Source: a virus
Lineage: Duplodnaviria > Heunggongvirae > Uroviricota > Caudoviricetes
DNA: 33,032 nucleotides
Virus record (IMG/VR): IMGVR_UViG_3300032018_000003
Reading direction: 5' to 3' (one strand)
Shown here: piece by piece, positions 18,978 to 24,729 of the stretch
Layout of the letters: each line of letters starts with the position of its first letter
Numbering within the stretch: position 1 is the stretch's first letter
Notes under the pieces: generated by a model
What the model saw: only the letters and a program-made list of their open reading frames with translations
What the model was told of the DNA's origin: nothing
Databases searched by the model: none
Position numbers and translations under genes: made by a program

Positions 18978-19370
18978 ATGAATAAAAAAATAATAGTGGG
19001 CATAGTAGTTATAATTAGTCTTATTTTAGTAATAGGACTTATATTTGCTATAAAAGATAAATTTAAAACACAAGATGTTATAACAATAGAAAAAGTTGTT
19101 TGTGAAAATGATTTTGAAACTAATCGTGGAGTAATTAATAATTTAATATATTCATTAAACAATCCACAAAACCAACCAAATAAACCAAGAATATTAGAAG
19201 AAAAAGAACAATTATATAAATTAACAGTTTGTGTATTATCACAACAAAACAGTACACATAAAATTATTGGATTAGAAAATATAACAGAAGAATTATATAA
19301 TAGAGAAATTGAAATGTCTACACCACCAACGGATAAAATCAAATATCCTGAATTGGTTATTACTGAATAA
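18978..19370 (+). CDS. N-terminally membrane-anchored protein
   Basis: MNKK followed by a 20-aa hydrophobic helix. Confidence 0.65.
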   Translation: MNKKIIVGIVVIISLILVIGLIFAIKDKFKTQDVITIEKVVCENDFETNRGVINNLIYSLNNPQNQPNKPRILEEKEQLYKLTVCVLSQQNSTHKIIGLENITEELYNREIEMSTPPTDKIKYPELVITE

Positions 19371-19380
19371 GGTTGAAAAT

Positions 19381-19719
19381 ATGAATAAAATAACGTGGGT
19401 ATTTATTTGTATAATATCTATAAACATATGTTTCTCATATAGTATTTCTGATGTATATACATTAGTTAATCCTACATATACAACAAATGATACATGTGTA
19501 GAAGATTGGGTACAAAGTTATAGTCTTTGTACAAACGAAACAGAAGTTTTGTATTACACCGATATCAATAATTGCAATACCACAATAGATTTACCAATAG
19601 ATAACAGTACACTAAAAAGTTGTAATACTAAACCTAATGAAAAACTTATTTTACTTATAGTAGGATTTATAGGAATATTTGTGTTTTTAGCGATACTTTT
19701 AATATTGTGTTTTGGATGA
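19381..19719 (+). CDS. Small secreted, C-terminally anchored Cys-repeat protein
   Basis: ATG at 19381; signal peptide, CVEDW...C...DINNC motif, C-terminal TM. Confidence 0.65.
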   Translation: MNKITWVFICIISINICFSYSISDVYTLVNPTYTTNDTCVEDWVQSYSLCTNETEVLYYTDINNCNTTIDLPIDNSTLKSCNTKPNEKLILLIVGFIGIFVFLAILLILCFG

Positions 19720-19724
19720 AAAAC

Positions 19725-19743
19725 GAAACAATATATATATAAA
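19725..19743 (+). promoter_or_regulatory. BRE+TATA promoter of the small-protein operon
   Basis: GAAACAATATATATATAAA, identical to 22470..22488. Confidence 0.65.
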
Positions 19744-19774
19744 CTACTAATACTTATATTATAGATGATATAAA

Positions 19775-19936
19775 ATGGTAAATTACGAATTAAAACAAGA
19801 GAATTTTACATTAACAACATTGAAAGCAAACGATGATAAACATGCTTGGGACATACTTAAACGTATGGGTATCCGCAATAGAAGTAAAACACTTAAACTT
19901 ATCAGAATTGATAATGACGAGGTACAACAATGGTGA
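19775..19936 (+). CDS. Small hypothetical protein (53 aa, not in ORF track)
   Basis: MVNYELKQENFTLTTLKANDDKHAWDILKRMG...; first ORF after the promoter, overlaps the next start. Confidence 0.55.
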   Translation: MVNYELKQENFTLTTLKANDDKHAWDILKRMGIRNRSKTLKLIRIDNDEVQQW

Positions 19937-20178
19937 ATAAAAATATTAAGAACGCGAAAGATACAATGAAATTAGGAATAGGCAGTATGGCTGGAATGGG
20001 TGCTATCGGTGCTATGTCTACAATGCCAGGAATGCCTAAAAACAACGTTGCTGGGATAGCTAGTGCCGGTATTGGATTAGCCAACGTTGGACAATTAAGC
20101 AAGACTGGTATGGATTTAGCGGGTTCTATGGGATCCAGTAGTAAGAAATCTAAATTAACTAAACATAAAATGTGGTAA
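19930..20178 (+). CDS. G/M/A-rich small protein with basic termini, putative virion protein
   Basis: 82 aa; GIGSMAGMGAIGAM and AGIASAGIGL segments. Confidence 0.6.
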   Translation: MVNKNIKNAKDTMKLGIGSMAGMGAIGAMSTMPGMPKNNVAGIASAGIGLANVGQLSKTGMDLAGSMGSSSKKSKLTKHKMW

Positions 20179-20219
20179 TTAATCATTGTTATAATATATT
20201 ATAACGGAAAGGTAAACCT

Positions 20220-20384
20220 ATGGTAAAAATGTATTCGGTAGTTCTAAGAAAATCTGTGGACATCCCAGAAAAAGATATTAAGTATGTTAAAAAAGGCGGG
20301 CGTAATATGATGCAAGGAACTTATATGGCAAACGGGGTCAAGAAAGTTGCTACTCAATTTTGTGCAGCAGGAAAAGGTAAGTAA
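20220..20384 (+). CDS. Small basic protein, DUF5679/Cren7-like DNA-binding candidate (54 aa, not in ORF track)
   Basis: MVKMYSVVLRKSVDIPEKDIKYVKKGGRNMMQGTYMANGVKKVATQFCAAGKGK; SD AAGGT. The Y.V...K.V.I...K.GR....GT...G.K pattern was recognised by eye only. Confidence 0.5.
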   Translation: MVKMYSVVLRKSVDIPEKDIKYVKKGGRNMMQGTYMANGVKKVATQFCAAGKGK

Positions 20385-20385
20385 A

Positions 20386-20442
20386 ATGAAAACTACTAAG
20401 CCCAAGAAAACAAAAAAAGTTTCTAAAAAGAAGAAAAAATAA
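20386..20442 (+). CDS. 18-aa lysine-rich peptide
   Basis: MKTTKPKKTKKVSKKKKK (11 K); starts 1 nt after the upstream stop and is followed by a terminator. Confidence 0.4.
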   Translation: MKTTKPKKTKKVSKKKKK

Positions 20443-20455
20443 GTCCTAAAAAGAC

Positions 20456-20472
20456 TTATTTTATTTATTTTT
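20456..20472 (+). terminator. T-rich terminator
   Basis: TTATTTTATTTATTTTT between the operon end and the next promoter. Confidence 0.5.
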
Positions 20473-20489
20473 CTAAGAATACCCTATAA

Positions 20490-20508
20490 GAAACACAAAC
20501 TATTTAAA
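20490..20508 (+). promoter_or_regulatory. BRE+TATA promoter (leaderless first gene)
   Basis: GAAACACAAACTATTTAAA, 24 nt upstream of ATG 20533. Confidence 0.6.
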
Positions 20509-20532
20509 TAACCTTTACTTATTATATTTATT

Positions 20533-20691
20533 ATGGTAAAAATAACTTATATACATAATGACGTAAAAGATGTGGATAGAATGCAAAAAGAGTATTACAA
20601 ACAACATCAAGACAAATTTCCTAATATTGTAGATGTTTGGAAAGTTGATAAAGATAGACATCTTAAAGAAATTGAATTGTCTTCACAATAA
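20533..20691 (+). CDS. Small hypothetical protein (52 aa, not in ORF track)
   Basis: MVKITYIHNDVKDVDRMQKEYY...; directly follows the promoter. Confidence 0.5.
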   Translation: MVKITYIHNDVKDVDRMQKEYYKQHQDKFPNIVDVWKVDKDRHLKEIELSSQ

Positions 20692-20714
20692 TACTCAAAA
20701 TATATTCATAACTT

Positions 20715-20978
20715 ATGGTAATTACTAAAAAAGATAGAAAACGTAAAGGTAGAAGAATTACTGTTATATACCACCCGAAAGAAGAACCGTACGAAGAAGT
20801 TTATTGGGACGATTGGCGTGATAGACGTGATGGACAACGGAATCTTACTGATAGAAGTTTAATAAGAACAGAAAATTCACACTTTTCAAAATATTATAAT
20901 GTAGAACAAGATAATAAAAAACTTAAAAAATTAGTAAAAATACGTGGGCTAAAGAAAAATGTTAGAAACAATATGTAA
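20715..20978 (+). CDS. Basic hypothetical protein
   Basis: 87 aa, R/K-rich, contains YWDDWRDRRDG. Confidence 0.6.
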   Translation: MVITKKDRKRKGRRITVIYHPKEEPYEEVYWDDWRDRRDGQRNLTDRSLIRTENSHFSKYYNVEQDNKKLKKLVKIRGLKKNVRNNM

Positions 20979-21159
20979 AGACAATTATTTAAATACTGTG
21001 TATGATAAAGAATTCGGTACTATGTATTTCTGTACTGCTAAAATACCGTGTACACATCAAGCACATCTTGGTTTATCAATAAGTGTTTGTGATATAAAAC
21101 AAATGTCAGATTCATTAATAAAATATTTTCATTATGAGAGGTCTAAAAAAAATGGTTGA
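20959..21159 (+). CDS. Small Cys/His-containing hypothetical protein
   Basis: 66 aa, overlaps both neighbours. Confidence 0.5.
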   Translation: MLETICKDNYLNTVYDKEFGTMYFCTAKIPCTHQAHLGLSISVCDIKQMSDSLIKYFHYERSKKNG

Positions 21160-21733
21160 TATTAAACAAGCCGCGGAATGGATGTTGGAAGGACATCTTA
21201 TTAAACGAAAAAGTAAAGAGTTTCTTATTGTATACGATTATAATAAACCTGAAGAAGAGTTTGGACTTAACATTGATGATTTACGTGCTAATGATTGGGA
21301 AATTAATAAACGTAAATTCGCGCCGGTTAAGGCGGACTATATTATGTACATCTTTGCTAATAAAAAACATAAAATGTCTCCTGGTAAATTAAGTAAAATG
21401 GTTGCTGATGGCGCCTGTTTCGGCGCACTTAATACAGATAAAGAAACAGTTAGACAATGGATCCAACAAGGTTTTAATAAAACTATATTTGAAATCATGG
21501 ATGAATATCAATTAAAAGAAATTCAGCATAACCTTATCAAATTAGGTGTTGAGAGTTATATTATTCTTGATAAAGATGCTGATGTTAATACTGCGCTCGG
21601 TGTACAAATTGTTGATAAAAATAAATATAAAGAATTTTTTGATAAATATAAATTATATAAAAAAGTATCTTTATTTGATAAAATTAAAGAATTTTTTAGT
21701 AAATTTAAAAAGAAAAAGGACGAATACAAATGA
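21152..21733 (+). CDS. Fusion of a DUF2829(Tad2)-like N-terminal domain and a peptidyl-tRNA hydrolase 2 (PTH2)-like domain
   Basis: N-terminus IKQAAEWMLEGHLIKRK...IDDLRANDWEI; C-terminus KMSPGK...W...GFNKTIF...ILD...TALGV...YKLY. ATG at 21152 after GAGGT. Confidence 0.6.
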   Translation: MVDIKQAAEWMLEGHLIKRKSKEFLIVYDYNKPEEEFGLNIDDLRANDWEINKRKFAPVKADYIMYIFANKKHKMSPGKLSKMVADGACFGALNTDKETVRQWIQQGFNKTIFEIMDEYQLKEIQHNLIKLGVESYIILDKDADVNTALGVQIVDKNKYKEFFDKYKLYKKVSLFDKIKEFFSKFKKKKDEYK

Positions 21734-22023
21734 AACCAGAAATAAAAATTAACGGACAATTCCCTGATGGGTTACGTATAACAATAGAAAAAATGGAAGT
21801 GTTGGTAGATAACAATAAACAAGTATCATTGTTTTTAGATTTGTTCGACAAATTTCAATTAGAAATCGATAAGAAAATAAATAAACCATTTCAAGAAGAA
21901 CTTGCTAATATGTTAAGAGAAAAAAATAGTTTCCCTATGTTAGACGGACAAAAACTATCCGATGCTATAGATAATACTACTTTCAAAAAAGTTAAATTAA
22001 CTACTAAGGTAATTAAGAAATGA
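21730..22023 (+). CDS. Hypothetical protein
   Basis: 97 aa, ATGA overlap. Confidence 0.6.
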   Translation: MKPEIKINGQFPDGLRITIEKMEVLVDNNKQVSLFLDLFDKFQLEIDKKINKPFQEELANMLREKNSFPMLDGQKLSDAIDNTTFKKVKLTTKVIKK

Positions 22024-22178
22024 AAGAAAAAAAGTTAGAAGAAAAAATTGAAGAACTCGATCAATGTTCCGCGTGTCAGAACTCTAACCATTCAGTATTA
22101 ACAATATATTCGTGTGATAGAGATGGTGTATGTCCATTAAAAACGTTTTATTTTAATGATATACTAAAACAAAGGTAA
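22020..22178 (+). CDS. Small four-Cys protein (52 aa, not in ORF track)
   Basis: ATGA overlap; CSAC...C...C. Confidence 0.5.
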   Translation: MKEKKLEEKIEELDQCSACQNSNHSVLTIYSCDRDGVCPLKTFYFNDILKQR

Positions 22179-22184
22179 TGATGT

Positions 22185-22469
22185 ATGACAACTAAAATAT
22201 ATCCTGGAGTTAAAATTGAAGGTAATAAAGTACAACAAAGAACTTATTCTCAACACCAACAAGATATGAAAGATAAAATTGTATGGATGCAAATGTTAGA
22301 GAAAATGACTCTACAAGAGAACGCAGTATCGTTAATAGATAAAATAAGAAAATACTATTCTACAGAAGAAAAAATGTCAAGAGAACTGTTTAATTCGTTT
22401 GTTGAAGAAACTGCAAAAGAAGTTAAACACATGGAATTTAAAAAAATGAAAGAAAAGATTAAACAATAA
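22185..22469 (+). CDS. Hypothetical protein
   Basis: 94 aa, helical and charged. Confidence 0.6.
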   Translation: MTTKIYPGVKIEGNKVQQRTYSQHQQDMKDKIVWMQMLEKMTLQENAVSLIDKIRKYYSTEEKMSRELFNSFVEETAKEVKHMEFKKMKEKIKQ

Positions 22470-22488
22470 GAAACAATATATATATAAA
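22470..22488 (+). promoter_or_regulatory. Promoter of tRNA operon 1
   Basis: GAAACAATATATATATAAA. Confidence 0.65.
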
Positions 22489-22541
22489 TAGGTAATACAT
22501 ACTATATTATACTTATATTTATTTGGTGAGAAAAACAAATG

Positions 22542-22649
22542 ATAACAACAACATTCAGTAATTGTATAATGTACTTACTGACAAGTCTCACTACATCCAA
22601 TAATTCAACATTATTGGCGATGTGTGATTAATCACACTGTTGTTGTTAT
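22542..22649 (+). ncRNA. Putative structured RNA, four-way-junction cloverleaf
   Basis: Perfect 12-bp closing stem 22542-53/22638-49 enclosing three hairpins: TCAGTAA/TTACTGA, CCAATAAT/ATTATTGG and the GTGTGATTAATCACAC palindrome. Confidence 0.5.
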
Positions 22650-22714
22650 AAAATTTCTACAATTTTTATATAACCCTTATTAAAATTTTCTAACAATAAC
22701 GGTTATAACCATAT

Positions 22715-22788
22715 ACAGCGATACAAAATTGGATTTTTGGAGTGGCTCATAACCATTATAAGAGAAGGTTCGATTCCTTCTCGCTGTA
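22715..22788 (+). tRNA. tRNA-Met(CAT)
   Basis: ACAGCGA/TCGCTGT acceptor; AGTGG-CTCATAA-CCATT; TTCGATT T-loop. Confidence 0.85.
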
Positions 22789-22802
22789 TTTTTTATTATT
22801 AT

Positions 22803-22873
22803 GGCTATGTAATATAAAGGTATTATATCTGACTGTTAATCAGAAAATATGGGTTCGATTCCTATCGTAGCCG
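22803..22873 (+). tRNA. tRNA-Asn(GTT)
   Basis: GGCTATG/CGTAGCC; TCTGA-CTGTTAA-TCAGA; G73. Confidence 0.85.
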
Positions 22874-22876
22874 TAT

Positions 22877-22963
22877 GACAGTATGCCCCGAATCTGGTAA
22901 GGGAATCGTTTGCTAAACGATGTCAGACCTGACAATTGGGTTCAAATCCCAATACTGTCGCCA
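22877..22963 (+). tRNA. tRNA-Ser(GCT)
   Basis: GACAGTA/TACTGTC; long variable arm; G73; encoded CCA. Confidence 0.9.
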
Positions 22964-22964
22964 T

Positions 22965-23048
22965 GCGCGGGTACTAAATTGGAAAATAGAATGGGTTTAG
23001 ACCCCATGTGATAAGTTCACTGTAAGAGTTCGAATCTCTTTCCGTGCA
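22965..23048 (+). tRNA. tRNA-Leu(TAG)
   Basis: GCGCGGG/TCCGTGC; ATGGG-TTTAGAC-CCCAT; long variable arm; A73. Confidence 0.9.
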
Positions 23049-23056
23049 TTAGTTAT

Positions 23057-23183
23057 ACCGGATTGGCAGAGTAGTCAAATGCGGCAGACTTAAGATACGA
23101 TATATCAAACTGCAATCAAGTTTGACTATATGAGTAATCTGTTACCCGTAGGGGTTGCGAGGGTGCAAATCCCTTATCCGGTA
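23057..23183 (+). tRNA. tRNA-Leu(TAA) with 42-nt intron at 37/38 (23095..23136)
   Basis: ACCGGAT/ATCCGGT; GCAGA-CTTAAG|intron|A-TCTGT; canonical BHB motif; long variable arm. Confidence 0.85.
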
Positions 23184-23192
23184 TTTTTATTT

Positions 23193-23277
23193 GGTAAGGT
23201 ACGGAAATGGTAAACCGCTTCCGCTTGAGACGGAATGTTGTGAATAACATACGCAGGTTCGAGCCCTGCCCTTATCG
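23193..23277 (+). tRNA. tRNA-Ser(TGA)
   Basis: GGTAAGG/CCTTATC; TTCCG-CTTGAGA-CGGAA; long variable arm; G73. Confidence 0.9.
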
Positions 23278-23286
23278 TTTAGAAAT

Positions 23287-23362
23287 GTGTCTATAAGCCA
23301 ATTGGTAGACTACCTCGTTTGCACCGAGGACGCTTCGGGTTCGAATCCCGATAGATACACCA
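23287..23362 (+). tRNA. tRNA-Ala(TGC)
   Basis: GTGTCTA/TAGATAC with the G3:U70 identity pair; encoded CCA. Confidence 0.9.
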
Positions 23363-23364
23363 TT

Positions 23365-23437
23365 GTCATCGTAGCTCCAAAGGTAGAGCGGTCGGCCTGT
23401 ACCCGACAGGATAGGGGTTCAAACCCCCTCGATGGCT
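23365..23437 (+). tRNA. tRNA-Thr(TGT)
   Basis: GTCATCG/CGATGGC; GTCGG-CCTGTAC-CCGAC; U73. Confidence 0.9.
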
Positions 23438-23441
23438 TTTC

Positions 23442-23513
23442 GGCTCGTTGGACAAATAGTAAGTCGTTTGGTTGCAACCCAAAAGAATATGCGTGCGAAT
23501 CGCATACGAGTCT
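23442..23513 (+). tRNA. tRNA-Cys(GCA)
   Basis: GGCTCGT/ACGAGTC; TTTGG-TTGCAAC-CCAAA; U73; D-loop AG, T-loop TGCGAAT. Confidence 0.85.
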
Positions 23514-23522
23514 TAATAGAAT

Positions 23523-23537
23523 GACAATATATATAAA
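23523..23537 (+). promoter_or_regulatory. Promoter of tRNA operon 2
   Basis: GACAATATATATAAA, a variant of the recurring motif. Confidence 0.55.
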
Positions 23538-23573
23538 TAAGTTGTTTCATATAGGTATATTATGTTAAACTTA

Positions 23574-23673
23574 AATCATAAACAACAATATTGGAAGGAA
23601 CGAGGCAACTCACAGATAATTAGAGTGATTCCCGGGTTCTTTATAGATAACCAATAGTTACGTTGTTATGATT
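23574..23673 (+). ncRNA. Putative structured RNA, long irregular stem with GNRA hairpin
   Basis: AATCAT.AACAAC/GTTGTTATGATT closing stem, TTGG/CCAA, AAGGAAC/GTTCTTT and GAG-GCAA-CTC. Confidence 0.4.
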
Positions 23674-23772
23674 CAAATTCTATAAAAAAATATTAAATAA
23701 ACAATACCCCACAACATTTGGGTCATAATATATGTAATAATTGGAATTCTATATTGTTTATGTTTAAAAGAT

Positions 23773-23844
23773 GTACTGTTCGTTCAACAGTTAGGATTAT
23801 GGGTTTACACCTCATAGATACCCGTGCAATTCGGGTACAGTATA
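23773..23844 (+). tRNA. tRNA-Val(TAC)
   Basis: GTACTGT/ACAGTAT; ATGGG-TTTACAC-CTCAT; D-loop AG, T-loop TGCAATT. Confidence 0.85.
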
Positions 23845-23853
23845 TTAGAATAT

Positions 23854-23928
23854 GCGGTTGTAGTGTAGTCGAGCCAATCACGTCGTGCCTTCGCCACGAA
23901 GACTTGGGTGCGAATCCCAACTACCGTA
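23854..23928 (+). tRNA. tRNA-Glu(TTC)
   Basis: GCGGTTG/CTACCGT; TCGTG-CCTTCGC-CACGA; D-loop AG, T-loop TGCGAAT. Confidence 0.85.
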
Positions 23929-23933
23929 TTTAT

Positions 23934-24006
23934 GTGGTATTAGTGTAATCTGGTATCACCAGGCGTTTGGAACGCTTTAATGCCGGTTCGAATCCGGTGT
24001 ACCACA
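23934..24006 (+). tRNA. tRNA-Pro(TGG)
   Basis: GTGGTAT/GTACCAC; AGGCG-TTTGGAA-CGCTT. Confidence 0.9.
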
Positions 24007-24008
24007 TT

Positions 24009-24081
24009 GGCTGAGTAGTATAATTAGATAGTACACAAGATTGTCGATCTTGAGAAACGGGAGCATAACCCGTCTCAGTCG
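24009..24081 (+). tRNA. tRNA-Asp(GTC)
   Basis: GGCTGAG/CTCAGTC; CAAGA-TTGTCGA-TCTTG; G73; atypical T-loop AGCATAA. Confidence 0.85.
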
Positions 24082-24086
24082 TATAT

Positions 24087-24158
24087 ACAGGGTTAGCTTA
24101 ACGGTAAAGCAAAGGTCTTATATACCTTCGAGTACGCGTTCAAATCGCGTATCCTGTA
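24087..24158 (+). tRNA. tRNA-Ile(TAT)
   Basis: ACAGGGT/ATCCTGT; AAGGT-CTTATAT-ACCTT; anticodon at 24119..24121. Confidence 0.85.
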
Positions 24159-24163
24159 TTCGT

Positions 24164-24235
24164 ATCGCTGTAGCTTAATGGTAAAGCATTTGCCTGATAT
24201 GTAAACGAGTGTGCGTTCGAATCGCACCGGCGATA
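24164..24235 (+). tRNA. tRNA-Ile(GAT)
   Basis: ATCGCTG/CGGCGAT; TTTGC-CTGATAT-GTAAA. Confidence 0.9.
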
Positions 24236-24239
24236 TCAT

Positions 24240-24314
24240 AGGCGTGTAGTATAACTTGGATTAGTACACGAGTTTTCTAAACTCGTTATATGGGTTCAAA
24301 TCCCGTCACGCTTG
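24240..24314 (+). tRNA. tRNA-Arg(TCT)
   Basis: AGGCGTG/CACGCTT; CGAGT-TTTCTAA-ACTCG. Confidence 0.9.
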
Positions 24315-24315
24315 C

Positions 24316-24390
24316 GGACGTGTAGTGTAACTTGGATAACATATTCGGTTTCGACCCGAAAGAATTTGCGTTCAAATCGCAACACGTTCA
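24316..24390 (+). tRNA. tRNA-Arg(TCG)
   Basis: GGACGTG/CACGTTC; TTCGG-TTTCGAC-CCGAA. Confidence 0.9.
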
Positions 24391-24393
24391 TAC

Positions 24394-24468
24394 GGATCGG
24401 TAGCTCCAATAAGTTAGAGCAAGGGACTTTTAATCCCGAGGTTGTGGATGCAAATTCCACCCGGTTCA
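24394..24468 (+). tRNA. tRNA-Lys(TTT)
   Basis: GGATCGG/CCGGTTC; GGGA-CTTTTAA-TCCC; D-loop AG, T-loop TGCAAAT. Confidence 0.85.
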
Positions 24469-24478
24469 TTTAGTAAAT

Positions 24479-24550
24479 AGGGTATGAGACTGACGGAATG
24501 GTCGCGAGTCTTTGGAACTCGAGGAACCGGTTCAATTCCGGTATACCCCA
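24479..24550 (+). tRNA. tRNA-Gln(TTG)
   Basis: AGGGTAT/ATACCCC (1:72 mismatch); CGAGT-CTTTGGA-ACTCG. Confidence 0.85.
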
Positions 24551-24553
24551 TAT

Positions 24554-24628
24554 GGTAGAGGTCGTTCAACGATAGGATAAGGGTTTGTGACACCTTTGAA
24601 GCGGGTTTAACTCCCGTCCTTTACCCCA
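24554..24628 (+). tRNA. tRNA-His(GTG)
   Basis: Encoded G-1:C73; GTAGAGG/CCTTTAC; encoded CCA; D-loop GA, T-loop TTTAACT. Confidence 0.85.
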
Positions 24629-24633
24629 TATAT

Positions 24634-24706
24634 GTCAATGTAGCTTAACCTGGGAGAGCAACTGACTGAAGCTCAGAAGACGAGGATTCAAATTCCTCCT
24701 TTGACA
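24634..24706 (+). tRNA. tRNA-Phe(GAA)
   Basis: GTCAATG/CTTTGAC; CTGA-CTGAAGC-TCAG. Confidence 0.85.
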
Positions 24707-24729
24707 TTTTTATATTTAGAGGATAACCA

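Noticed and set aside
22965-23277. Anticodons TAG, TAA and TGA as stop-suppressor or Sec tRNAs, implying recoding
   Set aside because: Read 5'-3' these anticodons decode CUA, UUA and UCA (Leu, Leu, Ser), and the tRNAs have matching long arms and discriminators. No CTA, TTA or TCA anticodons are present, and long ORFs are intact under the standard code.
23574-23673. Assignment of this element as SRP RNA or RNase P RNA
   Set aside because: It lacks the SRP helix-8 internal-loop consensus and the RNase P CR-I/CR-V motifs, and is too short; left as an unassigned structured RNA.
23287-23948. ORF-track ORFs 23287..23568, 23718..23948 and 23723..23920
   Set aside because: They lie over clear tRNA genes, use non-ATG starts, and have atypical composition.
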